From positions 103,168,001-103,232,000 of the forward strand of contig OX597815.1 in assembly GCA_951406725.2 (NCBI GenBank): a DNA stretch of 64,000 nucleotides, in the 5' to 3' direction. The notes beneath the pieces were generated by a model. That model was not told where the DNA came from. It did no database searches and saw only the letters and a program-made list of their open reading frames with translations. The DNA is from Octopus vulgaris. Lineage: Eukaryota. Below are positions 11,201-24,660 of the stretch, one piece after another (position 1 is the first letter of the stretch; each line of letters opens with the position of its first letter). The translations under genes and the position numbers were made by a program.

Positions 11201-14200
11201 CGCAACATCGGCAAGCCATGCATTCTACCCTCCACCTTCACGGGAGGACCGCGATATATGCGTGAAAGGACCCAAGACGCCTTGACCTACGTGCGCATTT
11301 ACGGCCGGCCGGACCTCTTTATCACCTACACGTGCAATCCCAGCTGCGACGAAATCACTCGCGAACTCCTCCCGGGTCAATCTCACACCCATCGACACGA
11401 CATCGTTGCTTGGGTTTTCCGTCTGAATTTGGGCAAAATGAAGGATTTGATAGTTAAGGGTCAGATTTTCGGGCATGTCAGGTGCCACATGTTTTCGGTC
11501 GAGTGGCAAAAGAGGGGTTTGCCACATGCTCAAATCTTAATTTGGCTCACTCATAAAATCGAGACTAATGACATTGACAAATTCATTTCCGCCGAGATTC
11601 CTGACCCCGATGAGGACCCCGGACTCTACGAAATTGTCCGCACTACCATGGTACACGGGCCCTGTGGACCAAATTACGCCAACACACCATGCTACAAAAA
11701 CGGATTAGCCTGCTCAAAGGGATTCCCTAAACGGTTCACTTTGGAGACTCAAACAGGCGGCGATGGGTATCCGCTGTACAAACGAAGGAGTCCAGCCAAT
11801 GGAGGTCGCACGATTACGGTTGGGCGACATCAAGTGGACAACAGCTACATTGTCCCCTACTGTCCTCTCCTGTCGAAGATATTCAAAGCCCACGTCAACG
11901 TTGAGTTCTGCAGCTCCATCAGGTCAATACAATATGTCTGCAAATATATCAACAAAGGCAGCGATGCTGCCATGTTTATCATCCAGAGGACCACCAGTCG
12001 CGACGAAGTGTCCAACTACTTGGCTGGCCGGTACCTCAGCAGCAACGAAGCGTTTTGGCGCATTTACGGCTTCCCGCTCCATCAGAGACACCCGGCTGTG
12101 GTGCAGCTTGCTGTACACTTGGAAAATGGACAGCGGATTTACTTCACAGAGCAAAGTGCTGTGCAGATAGCCACCAGCCCTAAAGACACAACGTTGACTG
12201 GTTTCTTCAAATTATGCCAACGTGATGACTTCGCTCGAACGCTTTTGTACCCACAGGTCCCATCGTACTTCGTGTGGTCTAAAAACACCTGGGTTCGACG
12301 GAAATCCGGCAAAAACGTCGAAAGCTTCCCAGGCGTCAAGTTTGACTCCTGCCTGGGTCGAGTTTACAACAAACCAACAAGAATGCTTCTACCTCCGTCT
12401 CCTTCTACATGAGGTCACTGGTCCAACAGGTTTCGCCAATATACGTACCGTCAATGGGGTTCTGTGCGACACCTTCAGGGAAGCATGTATGAGACTTGGC
12501 CTTCTAGAGGATGACTCCCAGTGGGACGCCACGATGGCAGAGGGTGCTTTACTGCAAACGCATTCGGCCCTACGACATCTTTTCGCAATCCTTCTTCAAA
12601 AATGTCAGCTTAGTGATCCACTAAGTCTCTGGATGAAATACAGGGATGACATGTCGCACGACTTCTTACGTACGGCTCAGCAACACTGCCCTTCCGCCGA
12701 GATCACGTTCACCAACTTCATTTACAATTTTGCGCTCATTCAACTCGAAGACGCTGTCATCGATATGGGTGGGTCTGCTTTAACAGAGTACGGCCTTCCA
12801 CCACCCACACGTGAACACGCCAATGTTATGTCTGCTGAATTGTTACGCGAAACTTCCTACTGCATTGAGGAACTGCACCAGTACGTCCAAGATAATGAAC
12901 CACGGCTGCTTCCAGACCAGCGCATAGCCTACAACATCATCGTAGACTCTGTCAGACAGCAACGTGGGGGGATTTTCTTCCTTGATGCACCCGGCGGCAC
13001 TGGCAAAACCTTCGTCACTAAACTAATTCTGGCAGAGGTCAGACACAACACGGACATTGCCCTGGCTGTAGATTCCTCTGGTATCGCGGCCACGTTGCTT
13101 CCGGGTGGCAGAACCGCCCACTCTGCCTTCAGACTCCCGCTCGATCTGGCAAAGTCCGAGTCACCTATCTGCAACATCGCCAAGAACTCAGAACAGGCCG
13201 ACATTCTGCGCAGATGCAAACTCATCGTATGGGACGAGTGCACTATGGCACACAAAGGCGCCCTTGAGGCACTGGACAGGTCCCTGCAAGACATCAGAGA
13301 CTCTACGGCGCCCATGGGAGGATTAACTTTACTTCTTTCAGGAGACTTCAGGCAGACTCTACCTGTTATTCCAAAAGGAACCCGTGCCGATGCCGTGCGC
13401 GCGTGCCTTAAGTCGTCAGCTCTTTGGGCACATGTGCGGCCCTTGCACCTCCAAACTAACATGTGCGCGCAGTTAATTGGTGACAGCGGATCCGCTGCAT
13501 TCTCCAGGGACCTCTTATCGCTCGGTGAAAATAGGATGCTGTCTGATGCGGATGGCTACGTTCAATTGGACTCACTTTGCACCATTGTCGACACCCCTGC
13601 TAGCCTCCGGGACGCTGTCTTCCACGACCTACAAAACAATTTACGCGACCTAAAATGGCTGGCAGGCAGAGCTATTCTCGCACCCAAAAATACAACCGTC
13701 AACTCCATCAATATCCAGCTACTTGAAGCTATTCCTGGTGATGTCCACGTCTACAAATCTATAGATAGGACAGCAGACCCCGCCCAGCTTGCCGATTATC
13801 CTGTTGAATTCCTGAATTCACTTGAACCGCCAGGCCTGCCACCACACATCCTGAAGTTAAAAGTCGGTGCGCCCATTATGCTCATCAGGAATTTGGTTCC
13901 ACCTAAACAGTGCAACGGCACACGTTTGGTTGTGAAACATTTGGCACCACATTTAATAACGGCCACAATACTTACCGGTTGTGGGAAGGGAGAGGACGTC
14001 TTCATTCCACGGATGCACCTTCAACCGTCGGGCGCTGACCTACCAATCCACTTCAGGCGTTCTCAGTTTCCTGTTAAACTCTGCTTCGCAATGTCCATCA
14101 ATAAATCCCAAGGCCAAACGCTACAAGTCGCTGGGTTACATTTGGGCGAACAGTGCTTCGCCCACGGTCAACTCTACGTGGGCTGTTCACGCGTTGGGAG

Positions 14201-14394
14201 GCGCAATGATGTTTTCATGTTTTCGCCCAAACGGACAGCTAGGAACATCGTATATACAGAAGTATTCCAGTGAAGACAAGACATTGCAACGTCCACATGT
14301 ACCTTCGTTCCCTGGAGGGAAAGGACTACATTGGGATTAGTCGTTGCCTACTAGGGGCTCTTACATACCCGGGCAACGCCGGGCTATGCTGCTA

Positions 14395-14395
<1 letters not shown>
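8264..14395 (+). mobile_element. Full-length autonomous-type Helitron (6.1 kb)
   Basis: 5' TC at 8264 after A; 3' hairpin cccgggcaacgccggg (14368-14383) then CTAG (14392-14395) before T; inserted in (TA)n without TSD; RepHel coding region. Confidence 0.95.
9412..14273 (+). pseudogene. Helitron RepHel transposase (STPR repeats, Zn finger, HUH Rep, Pif1 helicase) split by 2 frameshifts
   Basis: MPPKKRR start; CQFCKAKKW..CCSGGK; PDLFITYTCNP, EWQKRGLPHAQ, YVCKYINKG; DAPGGTGKT, IVWDE, GDFRQTLPV, FAMSINKSQGQTL, HGQLYVGCSRV; frameshifts near 9882 and 12368. Confidence 0.95.
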
Positions 14396-14436
<41 letters not shown>

Positions 14437-14883
14437 TTTCCAAAAAGTATAAAAAGAAGGATAAATGTAAAAACACTACGTACGTTTCATATTACTCCCT
14501 AATATTATAATTATATATATGTATATATACTCTTTTGCTCTTTTACTCTTTTTTATATATATATATAATCAAACATATATACTAACGAATGATTTATGAT
14601 ATACATTTGATGTAAACTACCAGCTTGTTAATGATGCATTCAGATTTTTTCAACTGTCTGATCATTCATATCAACAACTTACTCTTAAAATCTGCCAGTA
14701 GGATTTTGCCTTTCTTTATATTCATTCCTATTAAATCTCAGACCTCGGAACTATTCTAAAACAGACACCCAACAACAAACGCTGATACATTAAAACTCGC
14801 ATGTATACACTTATTAATAGCTTATCTAAGCCGGAACAGTGAACTATTCCAGTCTAAGTCTGCATAGGATTTTCCAGGTCGTG

Positions 14884-15765
14884 TCGGTTTGGCTGCTAGC
14901 ATCAATTCTGTTCGAATTTCTGTTCGAATTGATTTCATATTCAGTGTAATGTTAAACTTTTAGAGGCTAATTGATGACGTGAAAGTAATTTTCGCTATAA
15001 GTCACTAAATAAAGAGTTATAAATAAAGATTAAAGTTTGAAAATGTTGGTAATTTTAGCCAATCATGAGTCACAGACACATTCATGCCTATTTCGATAGT
15101 AAGAAGCGGGACAAGAGAGCTATTGCCATAGTAACAGTCTTTGAAAAGTATTTTATCTGCTAGGAAGCACGTGTTGACAGCAGTCTTTGAAAAGTCTTTT
15201 ATCTGCGAGGAAGCTGTGTTGACAAATTTGACGCTGTGTTCTATGTTTTGTGTGATTAAATTCTCTTCTATTATTGAAAATATTGAAAACAGACGAAGAT
15301 ACTGTGTCGTACCTTCAAGAAAAGGGTGTTATACCAAAAAGAAAACTATGTAAGATGAAGCTGATTGCTTAAATGATTGTTTACTCGTTTCTTTTTTTGA
15401 TTGAACAGTGGGGTGATTGTGAGGTGAGCTGAAAATAACAGCTAAATAACATTTTGGGGATAAATCCTTTAAATTAGCATAAACATTTATTTACATGACA
15501 GAAAATTACTGGAGACATAACACGTTGTTTGCAAATATTGACAACACGTTCTATATTCAGAATGTTGACGACAAAATGTGCAGTCACGCACAAATTAATC
15601 CTGGGTGAAAATGGTCAAATTTTTAAACCTCTATAACATTTTAAAAACATTTTCCTGGAAGAGATGAAATAATTCCAGCAATTTAGCTTGGGTAAGTGTA
15701 TTATCGTGCGAAACTTTATAATTTTCGGTAAACTTTAATTTTTGATATGCTAGCAGCCAAACCGA
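14884..15765 (+). mobile_element. Non-autonomous TIR DNA transposon (MITE-like), copy 1
   Basis: TIR tcggtttggctgctagcat / atgctagcagccaaaccga; body homologous, inverted, to 56226-57693. Confidence 0.75.
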
Positions 15766-15970
15766 TGAGATTCGATTTTTCTCCAGTTTTTTTTTACCAA
15801 ACAGTGGCTATGTGTGCGTATGTATGAAAGTATGTATGTAGGTAGGTATGTATGTATGTATATATGTATGTATGCATGTATGTATGTATGTACGCAGGTA
15901 TATATGTATCAATATGTATATATGCATGCAAACACACACATACATAAACACACGTATGTCAATATATATT

Positions 15971-16072
<102 letters not shown>

Positions 16073-16149
16073 AGATCTAAGGTGACGAAATTGCCTAGAG
16101 AACTATGTCATGAAAACATAAAAGCAAAAATATATAGCGTTTTAGGTTG

Positions 16150-16440
16150 TTTAAGATGAGCTCTTCAAACTGGAATAAAATAGAAAGAACAATTGAAATA
16201 TACTAAATATAACTTCCATAATATCATTTCCTGAAGTCCAGATATTTTTCTTATAGAAATCACATGGTGCTGTTTTTCGTGTCCTGATTGTTGCTAGTTG
16301 GTTCGATAGCTGGTTGATAAACGTGGTAGCAGGCAAGTGGTGGTAGGAGGAAGAGTAGCAGAGGCTGGTAAGGGTGTTGTCTCCTTCGGTTGAGGTGCGG
16401 TGTAGCTGGTGCACATGTTGTTGGTGGATGAAGGTCCGTA

Positions 16441-16509
<69 letters not shown>

Positions 16510-18065
16510 ACAACAACAACAGTAAGGATTCTCTGTAGCTTAAAATATTCCTTAATATAGCTAGTAATAGTGGCGTTGTCTTATGGCCTTTTGCCATATA
16601 TAATCTAGCAATATTTGTTGTGGTGACCCCGGTAAGGATTTCAGCAATGTTGGCGGTGGTTATTGTTTTCTTCAATTTTCTGCCAGTGGTTGGTATTCTA
16701 TCATGATGGACATTTCTCGGATAACGCGTTGGCGCTGAATTTTATTATCACTAAATTTATAGAGAGGAAAAATTGTGAAATTGGTTTATTTGTTACTTCA
16801 GATGTGTCTATATGTCCTATTTTTTCTCTATTCTCGTATTCTAATTTGCCATTTATGGCAGGGGCATTTGTTGACGTAAGCGTTATTTTGTTTGTCCATA
16901 GAAATGCTCCCCACCCACCACCAACAACAACTTGAGAATAGATTACATTTTCAGATTCAAAGGTGAAATTACGCTTTTTACTGTAAAGAATTGCCCATGT
17001 TTAAATTGGATCTCGGATCCCTTTGTCAGATTAAATCATATTTCATAGTTGAATCTTCCCCATTTTGTTACTTTTGATTTTGTTCTTAATATATGTAGAT
17101 TTTGGCCTGTGTTAGTATTTTTATAGAACTGGGTTGTCTTTTATCCTTTATAACGATGTCCATCCTGCTTTTTCAGTAAGACTTTGTGATGGAATATGAT
17201 ATTGTAGACCTCATTGTTTTGGACGTCGTCGATAGAGTTGTATGGAAGGACTTTCAATTTCGTTTCATTTCTTACGTTTCGTTGTCTAATTTACTGGATA
17301 CTGAATTTCTATGCTCGTTGAATTCCGTTGTCGATAAAGGATGACAAGTGATTCCTCTCAAGGCGTGTATCCTTCATTTCATGGAGTCTTATGTCACAGG
17401 TGTTTGTATAAGATAATATAATGTACGAATACTTTTGGCTAGGACACGAAGAACATTGTTCTGCTATGTCTCAGATGACATGAATTGAATGGAAGATATT
17501 GTTTGGAGTTCATAGGTTTATAATAAATGTCGGTCTGTGTTTAGTTGTTGACTTTGTTTATGAAGATGTCTGAAAATGGAAGTTGTTTATGAATATATTC
17601 CATAGTGAATTGCATATTTTCATTAATTCCGTCGAGAAATGATTCAAATTCTTTTAGTTTCTTCATTCCTTCATTCCATAAAATGAAGCAATCGCCGAGG
17701 AACGTCTTCGAGATTACTTTTTTTGTAGATGGACAAATATTTTCATTATATTTCTAGTGTTATTTGGTATTACGTAATTTCTAGGTAACCCATAACTAGA
17801 TTCGCAAAGTTATTACTCTTCAGGATGAGTTTTAGTCCTTCTGTTATAAATTCTATTTTCATTCGATGAGGAGTTATATTTATCCAACCGGAATTTAATG
17901 CCCTCTAAACCTAAGTCGTCTGGGATGTTTGAATAGAGATTCACTGCATCGAAATACACTATTAATGTTTTCTCGTTTAAGTTTTTCGGAATATGGTCGA
18001 CTACATGTGAGTAATCTCTTTTGTCATTTCTGATGTGATTGATAAAAGGCTTGAGTAGAATTTTC
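16150..18065 (-). mobile_element. Penelope-like element (Neptune-type: RT, Zn linker, GIY-YIG), degenerate
   Basis: Minus-strand fragments ILLKPFINHI, YFDAVNLYSNIPDDLGLEGIKF, FANLVMGYLE, FLGDCFILW (decayed YLDD), decayed Cys linker VTKWGRFNYEI, ESENVIY, FTIFPLYKF. Confidence 0.8.
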
Positions 18066-18264
18066 GAATCTTTACCCAGGCAAAGGGTTTCGCTTGATAA
18101 CGATAACCAGCTGATATTGTTTTAATCCGACAGAAGGGTCAAAGTTCTGTGTTTTATACCATGGTCAACTTTTACAAAAATCATTTCACCTCTGCAGCTG
18201 AAAGTCTAATCTAGGTAAAAAGATTTTCAGCTGGTAGCAAACTTGGACAAACAAAATAGCGTTT

Positions 18265-18311
<47 letters not shown>

Positions 18312-21300
18312 ATAACCCTCAGCCACCAACAACAGGCCCATCTGCTACCCTTCCCATCAAGCGTGGGAGACAATAGGCCCGCATTTACAACGCTCTAGTT
18401 ACATTTACTCTCCCATCTACCACCATTTGTTTGCTACCACTTTTATCAGCTGGCTATCAGAGAACGAATCGTAGAATCTTGACTTGCTTAGAAAACGACT
18501 CCCAGGCCGAATTCCAAAATTGGCAAGAACGCTGGGACTGGTGTATTACTGTGCAAGGTTAATATTTTATGTTATAACTTAGGTAAATAAGTTATTTTTT
18601 ATGAAATATAACTTGTCCTGGAACATTTGGATACCACCTTGTATGTTTTCATGTTTCCAAGACATACTTCTCTAAGCGTTTCCATCTTTGTTTTTCAATG
18701 TATGTGACCTCTTAACATTTTAAACACACATACACTCACATACACGCATACACACATACATAAACAAACACAAATACATGTATGAACTAGTATCGTTTAA
18801 GTTTCATTGAATTATTCGGCATTTCATACGCCCGTGTGTGACAACGGAATACCACCCCTCTTGCATTTTCTTCACTCTTGAGAGAACATGGAATATTTTC
18901 TTTCACACACTTTGTCGATATTTAAGAGAGGGATACATTCTCCTCGAAACGATGGACTACACGAATATATGGTTATACATCCTATTTGTTCATGTTGTAC
19001 GAGAAGAACAATATGAAAATAGTTCAGTAAAGTTTGAGACATTTCATCATAGACATAACAGATATAGCGACATATTTCACAGTGAAAAATATATTATAGA
19101 AATATATTAAAGGGAGGTATACATGTGATGTTTGAATTTATTTCTAAGCTGAAGGGATGACAGAACAAATATATGTGCTAAAATGTAGGTGAAAATACTG
19201 ATTTTGACACTTGGCACAGCTGGGGCGAGGTAACGTTATTGCTGTGAGCATCACTCAACATCATTTCACGAATAAAGCATGCCGCACTACGGAAATATAA
19301 AATAAGATTATAATTAATTAGCAACTGACAATGTTGTGTTCTATATGCTGAAAGTATTTTGTTTTGTTTTTTGTCTTGTAACTTTAAAAAAAATAAATAT
19401 ATTTTCAACTCTTCAATTTTTATTCCCCTTTAATTTGTTGGAAATCTTAATCACATGAACGTGTATGTGTCTTACATATTTCTGTTTGTGAGTAAATAGA
19501 TGTATGCCTGCATGTATATGTGCGTTGTGTTTTATGTCACTTCTTTTAATCATTAGTAACTTCCCACCTAGTTACTGTTTATTAATGCCGTTTTCCACAC
19601 ATTCCATAAATTCGACAACCGCAGGCTACAGGAACAAACCACCATCTCCTTTCGTTGTAATTGCACATTAGACATAATAAAAATATGAATGACAGACTTA
19701 TTAATATTTCCCTCTTTCTCTTTTCAGTATCATAATCAATAAAATTAATCGACACATTTTTCGGCAAATTAAATTAATTCTTATTTAAGAATTCCATCGT
19801 ACTCATAAATAAATCTAGTATTACCATAAAATATACGTTGATATTTATAAAAAAAATATTTTACACTTATAGATTGCTTACAAACGGTGTTCACTATGAT
19901 GTGTAAGATTCTCTGCTGAAGTTAAGTGGGAAATTTTGTGCGAGGTTTCTTTGAATTAAAGTAATATGGTGTTATTACCGAAAAAGTAGAACGTGCAATA
20001 TAAATGAAAAAAAATGTTCTACTGAGAGTTATTGAAGTACAAATGTATAAATATTTCAATGCTATGCTTAATGCTTCATTTCCTTACTTAAGTGGTTTCG
20101 TTCACTTAATTAACATTATTATATATTTGATTTCTTATTTACCACATGAGGTGTGTATATCTAATTGAATTTACATAACATACCTTGCTGATATTTAGTA
20201 TTCTCTACTCTGGAAAGATAACGACAGGCAAATTCGGTATCCGGGGTTATTATATTTCAGTGTGTTACGTGACTTAAGAAAATACAGAACGTTTTCTAAA
20301 GTTAAATGGAATCTTCCATCCAGTAACCAAAGCGTTATGACGTATTAGTAAAGTTATGGGCCACATGATTCCAAAGGGGTAGTGCATAGAAAATCAAACT
20401 AGGTTTTAATAGTGTTCTTCCATATACACAGATATTTCCATTTGTAGGACATTTAAATTTTAGGAGCTCATTCCATCTAGTTGTAAGTTCCACATAATAA
20501 CTTATCATACTACTAGGTAGTATATTGCGAATAAGTTGTTTATAGTCTTTGAACAATAATACTTCAGTTGACGTAAGAAAATAATGTTACTTACCGTCTC
20601 AGTTTCATTAATATTCAGTCAGATTGAAGGTGTCATGAATAATCAGTAGAGCGATTCTCTAACAATGATAGCGATTAAAGAAAACGCTTAAATACATTTA
20701 TGAAGCAAATAAAAGAAGCACCGATTTTGGAAATGTAATATAGGAAATTGGTAGAAAGTAAACCAGAAATTGTAATCCCAGCCAATCATGCATTCATAGG
20801 AAATATTATATATGGCTCAACATAAATAAGATGGTGCTGACAGTTATAAAATCCAGTTATGTCATGTTAAAGGAATTTATGTAAAGGAATTTATTGCAAA
20901 TCGAATAAATATAGAAATAGGAGTGCCGAATAAATTATCGTAGGAAAACTATGCACCGAAAACAATATATACTGAGAGTGCGCGAGAGAAATTCCTCAGT
21001 TAAAGATTTTATTTTCAATAAGTTCGCCAATTTCAAGAATTATAAAACTGCTCTGTCAACCATGATCTATAAAGAACCATGCATGTAGAACAAAAGAAAT
21101 GATAAAAAACAAAACAACAGACCGGATACATTATAAGATCTTAAGTAAATAAGATCGTTAGAAAATGAAGTGAGACAACGAGGTAAAATCAGAAACCTTA
21201 AGTTAAACGTTATCAAGAAATAAGAAAGGTTATAGCAATAACAGTAATAGGAATACAACTGAAAAGTATGCTTTTCTGGAACGAGAATCAAACAAAACGG

Positions 21301-21560
21301 AGAAAGGAGAACAGTGAATTTTCTTATGAAAATTAGGAAAGAAAATTGTGATGCACGAAACCGCAAATCTAGAACACTTTACAGTCTTCAAAAGGCCTGT
21401 GCAAGCACGAAAACGCAACAGCCGAAAAATGCATCAGATTGAAGTTAAAACCAATATACATATAACTTTCAAGGACCACAAAAATTGGTAATCAATTATG
21501 GAGAAGGAATAAAGATCAGAATACACAAACACACAGACACATACACGCACACACATATTA

Positions 21561-21803
21561 TCTTTTATCTTTTACATGTTTCAGTCATTAGACTACGGCC
21601 ATACTGGAATACTTCCTCAAAGAATTTTAGTCGAATGCATCAACACCAGTAGCCTACTGATTTTTTAAGCCAGGTACTTATTCTACCGGTTCTTTTGCAG
21701 AACAGTTAAGTTACGGGGATGTAAATACGCTAACATCGATTGTGATGCGATGGTGGGGGGCAAACGCAAACTTCAAAGCACACATACACAGACACACAGA
21801 TAT

Positions 21804-21834
<31 letters not shown>

Positions 21835-22030
21835 AATGCATATATGTATGTATGTATGTATGTATACAACGGGCCTCTTTCAGTTTCTGTCTATCATATC
21901 CACTCACAAGGCTTCGGTCGGCCCGAGGCTATAGCAAAAGACACTTGCCCATGGTGCAACACAGTGGGACCGAACTTAGAAATATATGGTGGGGAACCGA
22001 GGTGCTTAGAACACAGTCACACTTGTGCCT
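21561..22030 (-). mobile_element. tRNA-derived SINE family A
   Basis: Reverse-complement homolog of 24325-24660; internal microsatellite. Confidence 0.8.
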
Positions 22031-22072
22031 ACTCACCCAAACAAGCCTGCGTTTATGTATATGTATGTGTAT

Positions 22073-22640
22073 ATCATCATCATCATCATCGTTTAAAGTC
22101 CGCTTTCCATGCTAGCGTGGATTAGACGATTTGACTGAGGTCTGGCGAACCAGATGGCTGCAAAATACTCCACTCTGATCTGGGAGAATTTCTACAGCTG
22201 GATACACTTCCTAACGCCAACCACTCTGAGAGTGTAGTGGGTGCTTTTACGTGCCACCGGCACGAGGGCCAGTCAGGCGGTACCGGCAACGGCCACGCTC
22301 TAATCGGGCTTTTTATGTGCCACCTGCACAGGAGCCAGTCCAGTGGCACTGGCAACGACCTCTCTCGAATGTTTTTTCACATTCCACCAGCACAAGTGCC
22401 AGGCGACTCAGGTAACGATCACGCTCGGATGGTGCTCTTAGCGCTCCACAAGCACGGATGCCAGTCATCGAATTTGATTTCGATTTTGATTTCACTTGCC
22501 TCAACAGGTCTTCGCAAGCAGAGTTTACTGTCCAATGAAGGAAAGGTACGCATAAGTGGGCTGGTTAAACCCCATCACTGGCATAGGCCACGAGGTTATG
22601 GTCTCACTTGGCTTGCCGAGTCTTCTGAAGCTCAGCATAT
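22073..22640 (-). mobile_element. RTE-associated non-autonomous retroelement with (GAT)n tail
   Basis: (CAT)n then cgtttaaagtccgctttccatgctagc; internal ~60-bp tandem units; family assignment from recalled resemblance. Confidence 0.55.
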
Positions 22641-22915
22641 ATATATATATATATATATATTCAGTGAACAGTAATTGTTGAAACCTGTATGACTTTGAAT
22701 CCCTTTAATAATTCATAATAATGACTTTTATTCCTCTTAATTCTGACTCAGTTCATCCAATTGTATATATTTATCGTTACTTTTTATAGAAAAGACTTTA
22801 TTTTGTTTATGTCCAATGTGCATTTTGGTTTTTTTTTTCTTCTTACATTACCCATACCTTTTCCACGTGTAGTTTCTATTTTCTTTTTGAAACATATTCC
22901 TATTATATATATATA

Positions 22916-24188
22916 CAGACAAGCTGGAAGTAAATAGACACCTTTAATTTTCAAAATTTCTTATCTAAGCGTCTTAATATGCTTTCAGCGGTTTAGAATT
23001 TACAATGTAATTATTCTTTTACATTCCAGGTGCCATTATATTAAACATTTGCGAAGAGTAAACATGCCACGTACAAAAAATTCAGCAGAACTGTCAGAGT
23101 TTCAAAGAGGTCGTGTTGTTGGGCAATCTAAGGCTGGTCTTAGCCAACGAAAAATTGCCGAAAATATTCAATTTCATCTTGATCCTGTTAACAGGATTAT
23201 AGTGCAATTCAAAAGCCAATGAAAAGAATCAACAGATTCTCGTCCCGGCTGACCTGGGCCCTCGGAAAGGAAGCTTCACTGTTTGAAGACAATTTTGAAA
23301 AAAGAATCCCGTTCGAAGGCTTCTGACATTGCAAGTCAGCAGAAGTTAGTCCAAGAACGTGTGTTACATATATGCATAAGCTTGGGTATTATGGACGAGC
23401 TACTAGAAGAAAAAACCTCTCCTTCAACCAATGAATATCATGAAAGGAAAGAAATGGGCTAAGGTGATGTCAGAAAATCCAGTTTATTTTGGGATAGAGT
23501 GATTTTCTCAAATGATTCTAGATTTGCATTATTTTCAGACAGTGGACGTGTTTGGGTCCGGAGGCTTCCCAATCAAGAATTTGATTTAAAACGACTCCAA
23601 CCAACTGTGAAATATGGAGGTATCTATGTAATGGCTAGAGGAACTGTCACCAGCGATGGTGGTTCTGAGCTGATCGAATGTGCTGGAAACATAAACTCTG
23701 AAAAATACATCGAAGTACTTAAGTAAGGACTACTTCCAATGTATTCACATGATAACATCACGAAAAATGAGTTTCTTTTCATTGAAGATGGGGCTCCATG
23801 TCACACAGCGAAAAGGAATCAACAATGGCTGATTGAAAATGGGATCAAAAAGCTTCCTTGGCCGAGCCAGTCACCTGATATGAACCCAATTGAAACTCTT
23901 TGGAGCATACTAGATAGAGCTATACGAAACACTCGACAGAAACCTAAATCTAAAGATGAATTGTTTCGATTGTTGCGTGATAAGTCGGCAGAAATACTAC
24001 AAGAGTCAATAACAAAGCTCATCAGTTTAATGCCAAAAAGAGTTTCTGAATTAAAAACTGCAAAGGGAATGTCAACTAAATACTAAAGTATATAGTCCCA
24101 CCTATCGATTACTTTTCTATTGTTCGCTTTGCGTATTAAATAAAATATTTTGAAAATTAACAGTGTCTATTTACTTCCTGCATGTCTG
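22916..24188 (+). mobile_element. Tc1 (DD34E) transposon, full length, transposase pseudogene 23064-24086
   Basis: ~42-bp TIRs cagaca(a/t)gc(t/a)ggaagtaaatagacac; TA context; MPRTKNSAELSEFQRGRVVG; FSNDSRF; EDGAPCH, 34 aa, SPDMNPIE; stops and frameshifts. Confidence 0.92.
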
Positions 24189-24261
<73 letters not shown>

Positions 24262-24324
24262 GATATACATATACATATACATACATATATATATACACAC
24301 ACACACATATATATATATGTGTGT

Positions 24325-24660
24325 ATGGTAAGTAGCTTGCTAACCAACCACATGGTTCCGGGTTCAGTCCCACTGCGTGGCATCTTGGGCAAGTGTCTTC
24401 TGCTATAGCCCCGGGCCGACCAATGCCTTGTATAAGTGTGTGTATATATGTTTGTGTGTCTGTGTTTGTCCCCCTAGCATTGCTTGACAACCGATGCTGG
24501 TGTGTTTACGTCCCCGTCACTTTGCGGTTCGGCAAAAGAGACCGATAGAATAAGTACTGGGCTTACAAAGAATAAGTCCCGGGGTCGATTTGCTCGACTA
24601 AAGGCGGTGCTCCAGCATGGCGGCAGTCAAAAGACTGAAACAAGCAAAAGAGTAAAAGAG
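24325..24660 (+). mobile_element. tRNA-derived SINE family A
   Basis: Box B-like ggttcagtccc; cttgggcaagtgtcttc central domain; aaagagt tail repeats; 3 copies in window. Confidence 0.85.

Noticed and set aside
9215-14340. Overlapping and antisense ORFs within the Helitron
   Set aside because: Shadow frames of a GC-rich coding region; no motifs
16150-18065. In-frame TGA codons in the PLE as selenocysteine (Naiad-type)
   Set aside because: GIY-YIG is C-terminal (not Naiad layout) and the copy has many other lesions
20595-20658. Minus-strand AG..GTAAGT segment
   Set aside because: Stops in all three frames; cannot be supported as coding
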